A stretch of 64,000 nt of DNA, taken from the NCBI GenBank assembly GCA_017309115.1, contig JAFLEF010000023.1, positions 23,502-87,501 of the forward strand, read 5' to 3'. The stretch's first letter is position 1, and every line of letters starts with the position of its first letter. The notes under the pieces were generated by a model that was given only the letters and a program-made list of their open reading frames with translations, searched no databases and was not told where the DNA came from. The position numbers were made by a program, and so were the translations under genes. The DNA comes from Verrucomicrobiota bacterium. GTDB lineage: Bacteria > Verrucomicrobiota > Verrucomicrobiia > Limisphaerales > UBA9464. Of the stretch, positions 1 to 12,100 are shown piece after piece.

Positions 1-858
1 GTGGGCGCTGTGGTGGAACGCATCGCCCAGACGCCGTGGGTCACCGAGGTGTGTTTGCAGGGCGGAATCCATCCCGACTTGGGATTCGACTACTACTGCG
101 ACCTCTTGCGGGCGATTAAGGCGGCCTTTCCGGCGATGCATTTGCACGCCTATTCCCCGATGGAGCTGTACTCGTTGCGGGGCAAGACGGGCTGGAGTTA
201 CGAGCGAATTTTGGGGGAGTTGCAGGCAGCCGGCTTGGGGTCCACTCCGGGGACAGCGGCGGAGATCTTGGACGACTCGCTGCGGGAACGCCTGGCGCCG
301 GCCAAACTGCGGGCGGGCGAGTGGCGGGAGATTATTACCACGGCGCACCGATTAGGACTGCGGTCCACGGCGACTTTGATGTTTGGTCACGAGGAAACCT
401 GGGAAGATCGCCTGCGACATTTGGAAGTGCTGCGGCAGATTCAGGACGAGACGGGTGGCTTCACGGAGTTCATCCCTCTGGCCTTTGTGCCCTATCAAAA
501 TCGGCTGGGATCCGAACTCGCGGCTGCGGCGGGTGAATCCAAGGAAGCCATCGCTGCCCGCGGGGTGAATCTGATCCAACGGTTGTATCCCTTGGCCCGG
601 CTGTTTTTCGGGCGCGCCTTGCCGAACCTGCAAACCAGTTGGGTCAAACTCGGCCCGGAGACGGCGGCCCAGATGCTGCATTGGGGCTGCAACGACTTTG
701 GCGGGACCCTGTACGAAGAGAGCATCACCCGGGAGAGCGGGGGGAAGTATGGTGAATGCCTGACCCCAGCGGAGTTGCGTTCGTGGATCCACTCTGTGGG
801 CAAGACTCCCCGTCAGCGTACGACGCTATATCGGGAGGTGGGGAAGGCTGAGAGCTGA
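1..858 (+). CDS. cofH: Radical SAM enzyme, CofH / FbiC C-terminal-half type (FO synthase subunit 2-like); 5' end outside the window
   Basis: The frame is open from the window edge. Motifs GSTPGTAAEILDD, MFGHEET, IQDETGGFTEFIPLAF and C-terminal NDFGGTLYEESITRESGG...GKTPRQRTTLY fit CofH/FbiC as I remember it. MqnC/MqnE carry PGGGAEI instead. No HMM run. Confidence 0.6.
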   Translation: MGAVVERIAQTPWVTEVCLQGGIHPDLGFDYYCDLLRAIKAAFPAMHLHAYSPMELYSLRGKTGWSYERILGELQAAGLGSTPGTAAEILDDSLRERLAPAKLRAGEWREIITTAHRLGLRSTATLMFGHEETWEDRLRHLEVLRQIQDETGGFTEFIPLAFVPYQNRLGSELAAAAGESKEAIAARGVNLIQRLYPLARLFFGRALPNLQTSWVKLGPETAAQMLHWGCNDFGGTLYEESITRESGGKYGECLTPAELRSWIHSVGKTPRQRTTLYREVGKAES

Positions 859-1007
859 ACGGAGAGTGGAAAAGCGCGAAGCAGTTGCTGCGCTGCTCGG
901 TGCGGGGATGCTCCGGTCTCACCACCCCGGCTTCCGGAAGAATCCTTGTCAGAAGGACGGTTTTTGCTGAGCCTCGCTTTACCGGACAACCGGACAATGA
1001 CGTGGAG

Positions 1008-1790
1008 ATGAATCCCTTAAATGCCCTCGCCGGGCTCCTGGTCGGCATTGTTGTCGGCATTACAGGCGTCGGCGGAGGCGCGTTAATGACGCCCATTTTG
1101 GTGCTCATGTTTGGCATTGCGCCGCAGACGGCTGTCGGCACGGATCTTCTTTACGCGTCCATCACCAAGATTTTTGGAACCGCAGTTCACCACAGTCACG
1201 GCACGGTGGATTGGCAAGTGGTCCGGCGGTTGGCCTACGGCAGTCTGCCTGCGGCGGCGGCGACTTTGTTTTGGATGAGCCTGACGTCCACCAACCGGGT
1301 GACGGGCGGGTTCATCATTGATGCGGTGGGAGTTGCTCTGATCATTACCTCCCTGGGCATTCTCCTGAAGGACTGGCTGCACGGTTTGGGCCGCAATCTC
1401 CGTCTCTCGAGTACGGAAAAGTTCAAAATGGTTCAACCTTGGTTGACCGTGGTGGCGGGAGTGATTCTGGGTGTCTTGGTCACGCTCACCTCCATTGGGG
1501 CCGGTGCCTTGGGAACAGTCATGCTGGTGTACCTGTATCCCCTGCGACTCAACGCCAGCAAACTGGTCGGGACGGATCTGACCCATGCCATCCCGCTCGC
1601 GTTGGTGGCGGGTCTGGGTCACCTCACCCTGGGGAATGTGGATTACCGGCTGTTGTTGAATCTGCTGATTGGTTCCATTCCTGGCGTGATCCTCGGGGCC
1701 TTCATCAGCACGCGGGCTCCGCTGCAATTCATTCGGTACGCGATCGCCATCGTCCTCGCGGCGGTGGCGGTTAAAATGCTCATGGTCTGA
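1008..1790 (+). CDS. TauE/SafE (DUF81) family anion/sulfite exporter-type membrane protein
   Basis: Polytopic hydrophobic protein. N-terminal LLVGIVVGITGVGGGALMTPILVLMFG and an internal repeat LGVLVTLTSIGAGALGTVMLVYLY are typical of the TauE family. I chose ATG 1008 (MNPLNALAG...) rather than the ORF-track start at 885, whose first 41 aa look non-coding (R/G/C-rich). Confidence 0.8.
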   Translation: MNPLNALAGLLVGIVVGITGVGGGALMTPILVLMFGIAPQTAVGTDLLYASITKIFGTAVHHSHGTVDWQVVRRLAYGSLPAAAATLFWMSLTSTNRVTGGFIIDAVGVALIITSLGILLKDWLHGLGRNLRLSSTEKFKMVQPWLTVVAGVILGVLVTLTSIGAGALGTVMLVYLYPLRLNASKLVGTDLTHAIPLALVAGLGHLTLGNVDYRLLLNLLIGSIPGVILGAFISTRAPLQFIRYAIAIVLAAVAVKMLMV

Positions 1791-1974
1791 GGCAGTGGGG
1801 AATTAGTCCCGGGAATGAGTTCGATCTTCCGGTCGAACGGGAAAACTGAGTAAGAGCTGAGCTCACGAGTTCGTTCTGACTCCGTTGAATCTCCCGGGCT
1901 CTTCCGTTCGAAGTCCTCCGAGCCGTCCGAGTTCGAGCTCTTCCGGCCTGGGGTGACGCCCAGTCCAGTCCCGA

Positions 1975-3183
1975 ATGCAGCCCAGTATTTTCAGAATGGT
2001 CATCACGGCCGTGGCACTCCTGGCGGGGTGTGGGGTGCGTGCGTGGGGAAATCAGGATCTTCTTCCCTTAATCTTCCGAACCGGCGCGGAGGTCACCCTG
2101 CAACAGGGAGGAATTTCCTTCTCCTATTCGTCAGGATTGGTTCCAGAACGGCTGGAGTTCGCGTTTGGCTTTGCCTCCACAGACGTGGAAGAGGGTGGGT
2201 TCTTTCTGGATTCCGCGAGTTTGCTGCTGCGGCCGTCGGGAGCGGACAGCACGGTGCTGGTGACGGCGGATGTCAGCGGGACGGAATGGGTTCCGCCGAG
2301 TGATCTGGGACCGCCGCCGACGCTGACGCTGGCGATTCAGCCCCGGACATTCCCGGAGGAATGGGGCTCCGGCTACACCACCCGGGTGGCGTACTCGGTG
2401 AGTCTGGAACTGCCCGAAGCCTTCCGGCGTCAGTCGCTGTCGCTCACCCTGCAACTGTTCGACAATGGCGATCGGCGGAACTCCCTCGCCTTCCTGGACG
2501 ACGTGTTGGCAACCCCGGAACCCCCGTTCATCGAACTGCGTTCTTCCGCGTTCCCGTTGGGTCCGTTCGCCCGGGAATGGCTGGCCCGGCATGATCCGGT
2601 CTTGCGCACCTTTCGGATCGATCGGCCGGATCGCGCCCGGTTTTTCTGCCTGCGGTCGGATGCGGCGGTCACCCTGAAGATGCTCTCCCCGGGTCCCGAC
2701 GTGTGTCAGTTCAGTTACACCTTTGCGAGTCCAACGGTGGAACTTTTGGGAGGGGCTTCCGTAGCGGGTCCGTTCGATCTGGTGACGAACGCGGTGATGG
2801 ATCTCACCAACCGGGTGATTCGGGTGCCGGCGAATCAGGCGCAGCGTTACTTCCGGCTGAACGGCAACGTGCGGGCGCGGTTGGTGACGCCGGAATTGGA
2901 AGGGGAAACGTTGGTGTTCCGCTTCGTTTACTCCCCGCCGGTCTTTGCCCTGCAATCCAGCGTGGATGTCTGCGGCCCGTACGCGGACGAGCCGTTGACC
3001 CAATGGGATCCGACGCGGCAGCTCCTGACCGTCCCTCTGGAGGCCGCGCGGTTTTACCGAATTCGTTCCGCCGGCCAGCCGGAGCTGGAAGCCCTGCCGG
3101 TCTACTGGGAGGGCCAATCCCTGGTGATTCCATACCGACCGGTGGCGGCGGGGTTGAACTGGTCGCTGAGCTTGGAACCATGA
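1975..3183 (+). CDS. Lipoprotein of unknown function; its C-terminal half is three tandem ~40-45-aa '...FYR' modules. First gene of the giant operon
   Basis: Signal peptide with lipobox MVITAVALLAGC. Three tandem modules end in RFFCLRS (about 2527-2660), RYFRLNG (2737-2866) and RFYRIRS (2947-3069). The TGA stop at 3181-3183 overlaps the ATG of the next gene at 3180-3182. Confidence 0.75.
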   Translation: MQPSIFRMVITAVALLAGCGVRAWGNQDLLPLIFRTGAEVTLQQGGISFSYSSGLVPERLEFAFGFASTDVEEGGFFLDSASLLLRPSGADSTVLVTADVSGTEWVPPSDLGPPPTLTLAIQPRTFPEEWGSGYTTRVAYSVSLELPEAFRRQSLSLTLQLFDNGDRRNSLAFLDDVLATPEPPFIELRSSAFPLGPFAREWLARHDPVLRTFRIDRPDRARFFCLRSDAAVTLKMLSPGPDVCQFSYTFASPTVELLGGASVAGPFDLVTNAVMDLTNRVIRVPANQAQRYFRLNGNVRARLVTPELEGETLVFRFVYSPPVFALQSSVDVCGPYADEPLTQWDPTRQLLTVPLEAARFYRIRSAGQPELEALPVYWEGQSLVIPYRPVAAGLNWSLSLEP

Positions 3184-6100
3184 GCCCACTTGTTTCCCAA
3201 CTTGGCCGATTCCTTCGGTGTTTCCTTGCGCGAACCTGCTGGTGGCTGGGCTGGCTGCTGGCGGTAGGCGCCGGGGCTCTAACGGCTCGGGCCCAGGAAC
3301 GAACCTTCACGCTTGACGGTGGGAAGGTCGTGCTGACCGACGTTTCGGACCGGGCCACGGTGCTGGTGCGGTCGCTGCGGTATCTGCCCGAACGGCGGGT
3401 CTGGAATGCCAGTCTGCTGGTTCGCAACGCCGGTTCCATCCCGCTCCGCGGACCGATTGTGGTGGTCGCGGAATCGTGGACCGGAACCTCCGGGCCTCGG
3501 CAGACCGACACTTCGGCGGGCAGCGGGGAGCCGGAGTTTTGGCGGGTTAGTCCGGGGCCTTTGGGGACCAACGAGTTGACCGTTCCTCGATTGATCGTCT
3601 TGGGCGCGGAGGGAACGGTGGCGCCTCAGGTTCGCTGGAAGGTCTATGCGGGTCAGGCGCCAGTGGAATCTCCAGGGCTGGGATTCACTCGAACGCTGAC
3701 CGCGACGGGATTGCCGCTGGGCGAGGTCACCGTCACTCAACTCCAGCCTTCAGTTGGACCCGGGCGAGTGACGGAGGCTGAGAGTGGTGTGGTTTCTGTG
3801 AACGGTCCCCCGGGATCCTATCGGCTCCGGTTTGATCGGCCTGGATTCCTCTCGTCCTTTGCCGTGGCGCAACTTTCGGCGGGCGGATTGACGCTGATCC
3901 CCAATCCCCGGCTGACCCCGCGGGATCTGACATCCGTGGAGTTGGCGCCGGGGGCGGTGCTGGCCTCGGCGGACGGGGTGGTGGAACTCACGGTAGATCC
4001 TGGCGCGCCGCCTCCGAATGGACAGCGCGCGACCCTGACCGTGTTCCCGGAGCAGGCGCTGCCGGCTCCGTTGCCGGTGGGCTGGAGTCCGCTGGCGGCC
4101 TGGTCCTGGGAACCCGAGCGGGCCACTGCGGCGCGGGCGCGGGTCCGGCTGGGAGTCCGCGGCGTGGCGGCGGGAACGGTAGTTCCGGTGACGCTGAAGT
4201 CGGACGGGCGGTGGTTGCTCCGGGGTGAAGCCTTGACGGTGGATTCGGCGGGCGTGGTGGTTCTGACCCTGAACGAAAGCGAGCGGGTCGCGGTGGTGGT
4301 GCCGGATGCGGGCGGGTCGTTGCCCGCGGCGGGAACGGAGTTGCCGGCGGGATCAACGCCAGTGCCGACGCCGGATCAGTTGGTGGTGACCAGTCGGGTG
4401 GAACCTCCGGTGGTGGCGGCGAGCACCAACGCCACGTTGGTGACTGCCCAGGCGGAACTTACGGTGAGCAACCGATCCGGTGCGTTGCCCAGCGGAGGCG
4501 TGTTGCGGTTGGAGATTTCGGAACAGTACGAATTGACGGACGGAAGTCGGCGGACCCCACCTCGGTATGAAACCTTCGTTCGGGTGTTCCGTCGTCCGGA
4601 CGCCACGAATGCAGCCGTGGGGTTCGCGACGTTTCCGCTCCGGCCCCTACTGCTGTTCCCGGGCGACCAACTGCAGAGCGCGACCGTGACGGTGGAGGTC
4701 CTCGCTCCGGCGGACTTTGCGGGCGGACGTCTTGTTCCTGGCGGCAGTTACACGAACGGCGGATTTCGGGTCGTGAGTCAGTTGGGAGACTTGGCTGAGC
4801 CTCAGGCGATCCTTCTGGAACCGTTGGGATTGGCTGGCGAAGCCGTTCCTGGGCAACGCGTGCTAACCGACCTGGAATTGACCGGCGGCATTCCCCGAGC
4901 GGCGTTTGAACTGCACCTGGGTGGGGTCACTCCGGGCCGGCGGCTGGGACTTCAGGTCGACCGGGAACTTCCCGACGGCGAATACGTGCTGCTGCAACTG
5001 CGTTCTCGAGGAACGGAGTTGGAACTTCAGCCCCGCGAACGGCTGATCCGGCGCAACGGCGAATTTCAATCGGCCGAAGGTTCGGGCTCGCCGGCGCCGG
5101 GCCTTGCGGGCTCGGGTCAGTTTGTGGTGGTGCAGGTTCCCGGGCCGTTGGAATGGGTGACGGGTCAGGTCGAGGACGCCGGAGCCAGTCGGACGAATCT
5201 GCCGGTCACCGTGACGGGCCAACCCTGGGTGGTGTTCACGGATGCGACCGGTCGGTTTCTGACCCTGGCTCCAGCGGGTTCGGTGGAGGTGGCGGTTCGC
5301 GATTCCGGTTCGGCCCGCAGCGCGTTTCGAACTCTAGCGGTGGTGGCGGGTGTGGCCCCGGCTCCGGTGACGCTGGCCTTGGCTTTGGAAGCGCCGCGGG
5401 TGCTGACGGCGTTTCCGGCGGACGGCGCGGTGGGCGTGGATCGCCTGGTGGCGCCCAAGCTAACGCTGAGCCGTCCGTTGCGGGCCTCGTCGGTGAACGC
5501 GGGAACCGTGGTGCTCCGGGGGACCAATGGCGCCGTGATTCCGGCGCGGATCACCTTGGAGTCCGGGAATACGGTTCTGCGGGTCTACCCTGCGGAACCC
5601 CTCGCCGGCGAAACGCAGTTCACCCTGGAGTTGGCGGCGAGCATTGCGGACGACGCTGGAACGGGCCTGACGGGTCGCCGGCAGTTCTCGTTCGTCACGG
5701 TCAGCACGCCTTGGGTCCGTCCGCCGGGAGCGCAGTTGTATTCGTGGGTGCCGACCAACGGAGTGGCGCGGATCGTCGGGACCGAAGGTCTGGCGCCGCC
5801 GGGATTCCCGGTGATCTTCGTCAACGACACCACTGGGGAAACCGCTACCAGCACGGCGGGTCGGGGAGGGGAGTTCGAGCAAACGATCCCGGCTTGGTTG
5901 GAAGATCGGTTGCGGCTGGTGTTCGTAAATGCGGATGGCACCCGCAGTGAACTGGCGGTGGGTCAGCAGCGGTTCCCGGATGGCAGCGTGGCGTTCTACA
6001 GCGAAGGCGGGACCCTGACGGCGACCAATCTGGCGTCGGAATTACGAGAACTTCGGCTGGAAGTTCCGCCGGGCGCAGTGTCCGGCCGAACCCGGTTCAG

Positions 6101-9100
6101 ACTCGAGCCCCGACCGCTTCTGGACGCCGAAGTCCTCACATCCAACACCCCGCCGGCAGACGCGCAGGCGCTGGGCTTCTTCCGCCTGGAGATTGAGGGC
6201 GATCCGCTGCGGGAACCGGTGCGACTGATCTTCAAGGACCTCGACTTGGATCGGCTCCAACCGCCCGCGGGCCGAACGGTGGACGACATTCCCCTGGTGG
6301 TGGGGGCGCCGACGTGGGTGGACGAAGCGATTGGCGGAACGCCCACCCGAACGTTGGGTTATCGGTATCTGGGACAAGTGGTGCCGCTCACCAACGCGGT
6401 GGCTGCTTCAGGTCGGGTGGGCCGCCAGAGCATTCTGGCGGGAGGCGTGCTGACCTTCGCCGGGAGCGGCAATCTGTCAGCAATGCTGTTCGGCCCGATC
6501 ATCTGGTCCAAGATGGAGGTGGCCGGCAAGGTGTTCTCGGCCGATCTCAGCCAGGGACCGGTGCCGGTGGCGGGCAGCGAAGTGCCCTTGGCCGGAGCAG
6601 TGGTGCGGGGGCGGAGTCGGTCGAATCTGAGTTCGATTCCGTTCTCCCTCCAGCCGGGCGAGATCTACACGCTGAGCGATGCCAATGGCTTTTTCGCATT
6701 TCTGGCGCCGGCGAATTATCAGTCCGGGGCAATCACGCCGTTGTTACAGGGCTACTCGTTGAACGCGACGCATCCGGCGTTCCCGGGGCAGATGGCCGGC
6801 AGTCATGGACGGGCGAGCGTGTATGATCCGTCGCATCCGTTTGGCGGTGGCACCATTCTCTTCGATCGCACCCGACCTGCCGACACCCAGCCCCCGTCGA
6901 TCTTTGCCTCGCACGTTCCGGGATTGCCGGCCGTGTCGGAGCGGATTCGATTCACGGCCACGGCGAGTGATCCGGGCGGGATCGCGAGTCTGGTGGCCCT
7001 GACGGATTCGGTGAATCCGTTCAACGCGGTGGTGAACCTTCGATCGGCGGGTTCGGGGATTTGGGAACTGACGTCCGATCGCCCGGCCAAGGTCGTGCTT
7101 CGGGTGGAAGCGGTGGATGGTTATGGCAACCGGGCGACACGCACGCATGCGATTCTGGTTGGTCAGCCGCCTTCGGCGCCACCGACGGTGAATGATCCTG
7201 CGGGTCCGTTGGTGGTGGGCGCTGAACCGGATGCCGGCGCCCTCGGGGTCAGTCCGGCGACCGTGATTCAGCTGCAGTTCAGCGAGGAGTTGGATGACGG
7301 CATTCGGACCAATGCGGCCTTGTTCCTCACGTTGTCGCCGTCGGCCTGGACGCTCACCAGCGAGTTCGGCCGGAGTCGGCGCGACGTGGTGGTGCGGGTG
7401 CCGGGATTGCGGCCGGACACGGATTACACGCTGACCGTGCAGGGTGTTCGCGATTTGAGCGGTCAGGTGCTCGATCAAAATCCGGCGACGAATTCGCCGG
7501 CCGCCGAACCGTTCGTTTTGAATTTCCGCACCGCTCCGGAGCTGAGCGAAGTGCTGCCAGGAATCACGGAAGGCGGCGGGGCGTTGATTCGGGGAGCGTA
7601 TGCGTTTGTGTTGGATCGGCAGAGGCAGTCGCCCCAGTTGGTGGTGTTTGATATCTCCGTTCCTTCGCGGCCCGTCCGGGTCTACAGCCGTCCGTTGCCG
7701 GGTCCGCCCCGGGCCATGGTGTTGATTCCGGACTATGACTTTGCGACGTCGTTCGTGGACCTCCACCAACCGGATCCGAATCAGCCCGTGGGAATTCGTC
7801 GGGGCAACTTGTTGGCGGTGGCGGGCCAGTTGAGTGGCGCGACCACCAGTTATCTGCGCGTGCTGGATCTCGGGGGTTTGCCCGACGATGTGCCGACTCT
7901 CGCGGGGAATGTGTTGAGTATCGATCCGACGTCCCTGATCACCCGGTTGGATTGGTCGCCACCGTATCTGTTGGCGGTGGAAAACAGCAGCGAGGCGCCT
8001 TCGCTGCATGTGCTGAATTTGCAGGCGGTAATTCTGGGTCAGGCATTGACGGACTTCTCTCGGCAGTTTGCCCGGGCCTATTTACCCGCGCCGCCGGTGA
8101 TCTATCCCGAGCGCGCCGTGCCTGCGGTGGATGCCAATCAGGACGGGGACTTCGTCGATCCGGGCGACTCGTTGCCGGTGCCGGGACTCGACACGGTGGG
8201 CTCGGTGGCGGGCGAGGTGTCGTTGCTGACCCTGATGCCGAACCGCCGAGGAGCCAACGGAGGCGAACTGGTTCTGGTGCGGTCGCCCCGGTTCGTGACT
8301 GACGCGTTTATCGACGGGCCGGCAGGTTACTTGGGAGCGTTGACCACACCGGGGGCGGACACTGTGGTGGAGTTCACCTCGGCGCCGGTGTCGACCAATC
8401 GGGTGGATCATTCCACCGAATTTCGATCGTTCCTGGTCGGTCAGAATCTGTCAGAGACAGCGTCAGTTTCCTTTCCGGAGTTTTATCCGAAACGGGCCGT
8501 GCCGGTGATGGTGTTCGGTCGGCGGTTGGTCCTGGTGAATCTGTTGAGTCTGGACAACCAGACCAATCGGATCTGCGTTCTCGATACGACCCAAGCGGAA
8601 TCACCGGTGAAGTTGGCGGATGTGGATCTGCCGCAGTCCGAGTTCGGCGTGTTGCAGGGCGCGGTGCTCGATGAACGCGGGCGCATCGTGCTTTCGACAG
8701 TGACGACGAACGGGGAGAATTTTGTCCTCCTGGATCCGACGCGCTTCCTGGATCCGGTGGTGCCGGGGGCGATTCATCCGGCGGTGCTCGGCGTGATCCC
8801 GGGCGCGGGTGGCGGAGTGACGTCGTTCGGAGTGATTCCGGGCGGCACAAGTGTGGCGAGCTTGCGCGGGGTAAATGTGGTGGCGCAGACCGCCCCGGTG
8901 ATTCGCTTGGTCCAGGCTACCACCAATTCCCTGTCCGCGTTTGACGAGCCGGATCTGACGAATCGGTTGGCGGAACTGCGTTCCCTGGCGGACGTCGAGT
9001 TCCTGCCGGTGGCGCGTCATGGCACCAATATTTCCGATCTGCTCCCGGCCAATCCCGCTCGACATTTCCATCTGTGGGTGGAGGCGCCGGGTGGGGCTGG

Positions 9101-12100
9101 TCGGGAATTGGAGGTGACGGCGCTGAGTTTGGATGCCGCGGGTTTTGTGGTCGTGCGCACCAATGGCGCAGCGCCACCTGCGGTGCTGCGGGCGGTTCCC
9201 TTGCGTCGGCTGACGTCCGATCCCCGTTCGCCGGCGTTCAACACGTTCTTGTCCCGTCCACTGGCCTTGCTGGCGGAGGATCTTCCCCTCACCGAGGCCA
9301 ATGCTGTTCAAGCGGCGTTGCGACGCCACTTGCTCTTTGCCGGAACCCGACTGCGGGTGGGGTTCAGCGAAGAACTGTTCGCGAATCCCGCCCTGAGTGA
9401 CTTCGCCGGAGCGGGCCGGATCACGGTGGCGGTACCGACGAACACCTTGCCGCCGCGGCTGGGCGTGGCGCTCGGTCGGCCGGTGCTGGACTTGCAGCCG
9501 CGACTGGAAGCGGACGATACGTTGGTGATCCGGACGGTGGTGGATGCCGTGAACACCAATGCGTGTCCGGGATCGGCCTATCTGAGCTTCGGCCACACCG
9601 TGAACTGCCGGATTTCAATGTTCGTGGACGGTCAGCCCGCGCGCAATTTGTACGATGATCAGGGCCGGTTCTACGCGATCTTCACCAACGTTCCGTCCGC
9701 CGCCGGATTCCATCAGATCCTACTGGATGCCGCGGCCGTAGGGGACCCGGGACGGCACACGTTTGAACTGGTGGGAACGCAGTTCGACGGTTCTGAACCG
9801 CAAGTGACCTTGTCGGAATCCGGCGTTGTGGAGCATGAAGTGGAGATCCACCACAACTTCCCGGTTGGCCACACGATCATTCAGGGTGTGGACCTGTGGG
9901 ACGGCCATCTCACCCACAGCCGGCAGGACGTCGCGGTTCCCGGTCGCAAGCTCGCCCTCGATTTTTCGCGAACCTATTCCAATAGCGGCAACAGCTCCGC
10001 GGGACCGCTCGGCGGCGGTTGGACGCACAATTATCACATCCGGCTCGAGCAGCGTTGTGGCGTCTGGACGGTCATTGGCGGCGAAGGGACGGGCAACGCC
10101 TTCACACAACCCCAACCCGATGCCGCGAAGCTGGGCCGTTATGCCCGCTTCCTGCCGGCGGCGCGGGGGCAGTATGAATTTTTCCAACCGCAGGTGGGTT
10201 ATCACTCCGTGCTGGTGCGGGATACGGATCGGACTTCGGAGGCCTGGTTCTTCACGAAGTCGGCCGTGCGTTATCACTTTGTCAGCGACGGCTCCAGCAG
10301 CACGCCTTCCGCCACGGTGTATCGGCTGCGGTCCATCCGGGAGCCGAACGGCAATGAACTCCGCCTGAACTATCAGGACAACGACTCCAATCCGGCGACC
10401 CTCGATACGGTGACGGAGTATGAACCAACGGGCGTGCCGAAGCGCGGGTTCCGGTTCCAGTACCGCGTCATTGCCGGCGAAGACCGCTTGGTGAACCTCC
10501 GCGGATTCAATCAACAGGGCAGTCCTGATCTGCTCGGACTGGAGATTCGTTACGCCTATGACGAGTGGGGCAATCTGACGAACGTCACGCGGTGGGGCGG
10601 TTCCCCGGCGGAATCACGGACGGACTCCTACACGTACACTCCGGGATTTGAAGGTCCGACGACGCACAATCTGCTGACGTGGACCGATCCGAACGGTGCG
10701 GTCACGCAGTACGAGTACTTCCCGGCCGGTGCGGCGGGATACTATGCGATGAGCAGCCTGCTCGAGGGCGCTCCCCCGCACGAAACCGTTCGCAGCATTA
10801 CTCGTCTGGGAACCGCGCGGCCCGGCTTTGCGGCGACGGATGATTCTGTGACCCGGTTCGCCTACGACTTTGCCGGAGGAACCCGGCGGGTGTCGGATCC
10901 TCGGACAGGACTGACCGTTCCTGACACCGTGTACACGCTCAACGCGTACGGTGCGACGGTGCGGATTGAGGCGCCGCTGGGTCAGACCACCCTGCTGGAA
11001 TGGGCGACCGATCATCGGAATGGCGCGGTTCGCAACGAGGCGGGTCAGGCGGTGAACGACGTCGTGCTGACCCGGAAGGTGGACGCCGAGGGACAGGAAG
11101 TCCGCTACGAGTATCACGATGGTCGGGGCAACGTAACGCGGGAGATCACCACGGTGGCGCCGGGCAAACGGGCGGTCTTCGATTCCCAGGGCCGGACAGT
11201 GACGGTGTCCGAGCTCGTCCAGACGTATCATCCGGTTTTCAACTTTCCGGAAACCGTGGTGGATGCCGAAGGGCACTCCAGTCGGTTCGAGTTGGACCCG
11301 GCCACGGGGAATCTGCTGCGCAGCACCGATGGCGTCGGCAGTGTCACCGTCTTCGAGTACTACCCGAACGGCGACGTACAAATTCGACGCGACCCGCGCG
11401 GATTTGAAACGCGCTTTGTTCGGTATGATCCGTATGGCAATGCCGAGCTGATCGTCGACGCCGAGGGAAACGAGATCAGCAACCAATACGATGAACGCAG
11501 CCGGCTTCGTGAGACCCGCGATACGTTCACGCATCATCGCACGTTTGCCTACGACGCCTTGGATCGATTGGTGGCGGAGACCCAGGAGAACGACTTGAGC
11601 GGTTTGGCCACCGGACCCGGCAGTCGGACGGGCACCGGTTATTTGCCGGGAGGCCAAGTGCAGGTTCAGACCAACGCCCTTGGATTGGTCAGCCGCACCG
11701 AATACGATGCCCTGAATCGCCGGGTCCGGATGACCCAGGTGGCGGTTCCGCAAGGGGATGGCAGCCGGGTCGATTACGTTCAGACCTGGCAGTATGACGT
11801 CGCGGGCAACGTGGTGGCTGAAGTGGATTTCCGGAATGTCCGGCGGGAACATCGGTACGATGCGTTGAACCGGCGGGATCGAACGACGCTTTCCGGACCG
11901 CACGGGGGTCCGTTCAACGCGGATGGCGTTCTGTCCCGAATCACTTTCGACCGGATCAACAACGTTCTTGAGGAGATTAATCATCAGGGGTTGACCAATC
12001 GCTACGCCTACGACGGATTGCATCGGTTGGCGGAACAGACCCTTCCGTTGCCGGGAGCCGTCCTCCGAACCGATCGGGACCGTTTGGGAAATGTCCTCGT

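Noticed and set aside
2703-3179. The N-terminal 159 codons of the ORF-track frame 2703..16724, which would make a 4,673-aa protein
   Set aside because: This stretch lies entirely inside the 1975-3183 lipoprotein gene in another frame, and translates to G/R/A-rich low-complexity sequence. The in-frame ATG at 3180 gives a proper signal peptide and an ATGA coupling to the upstream stop.
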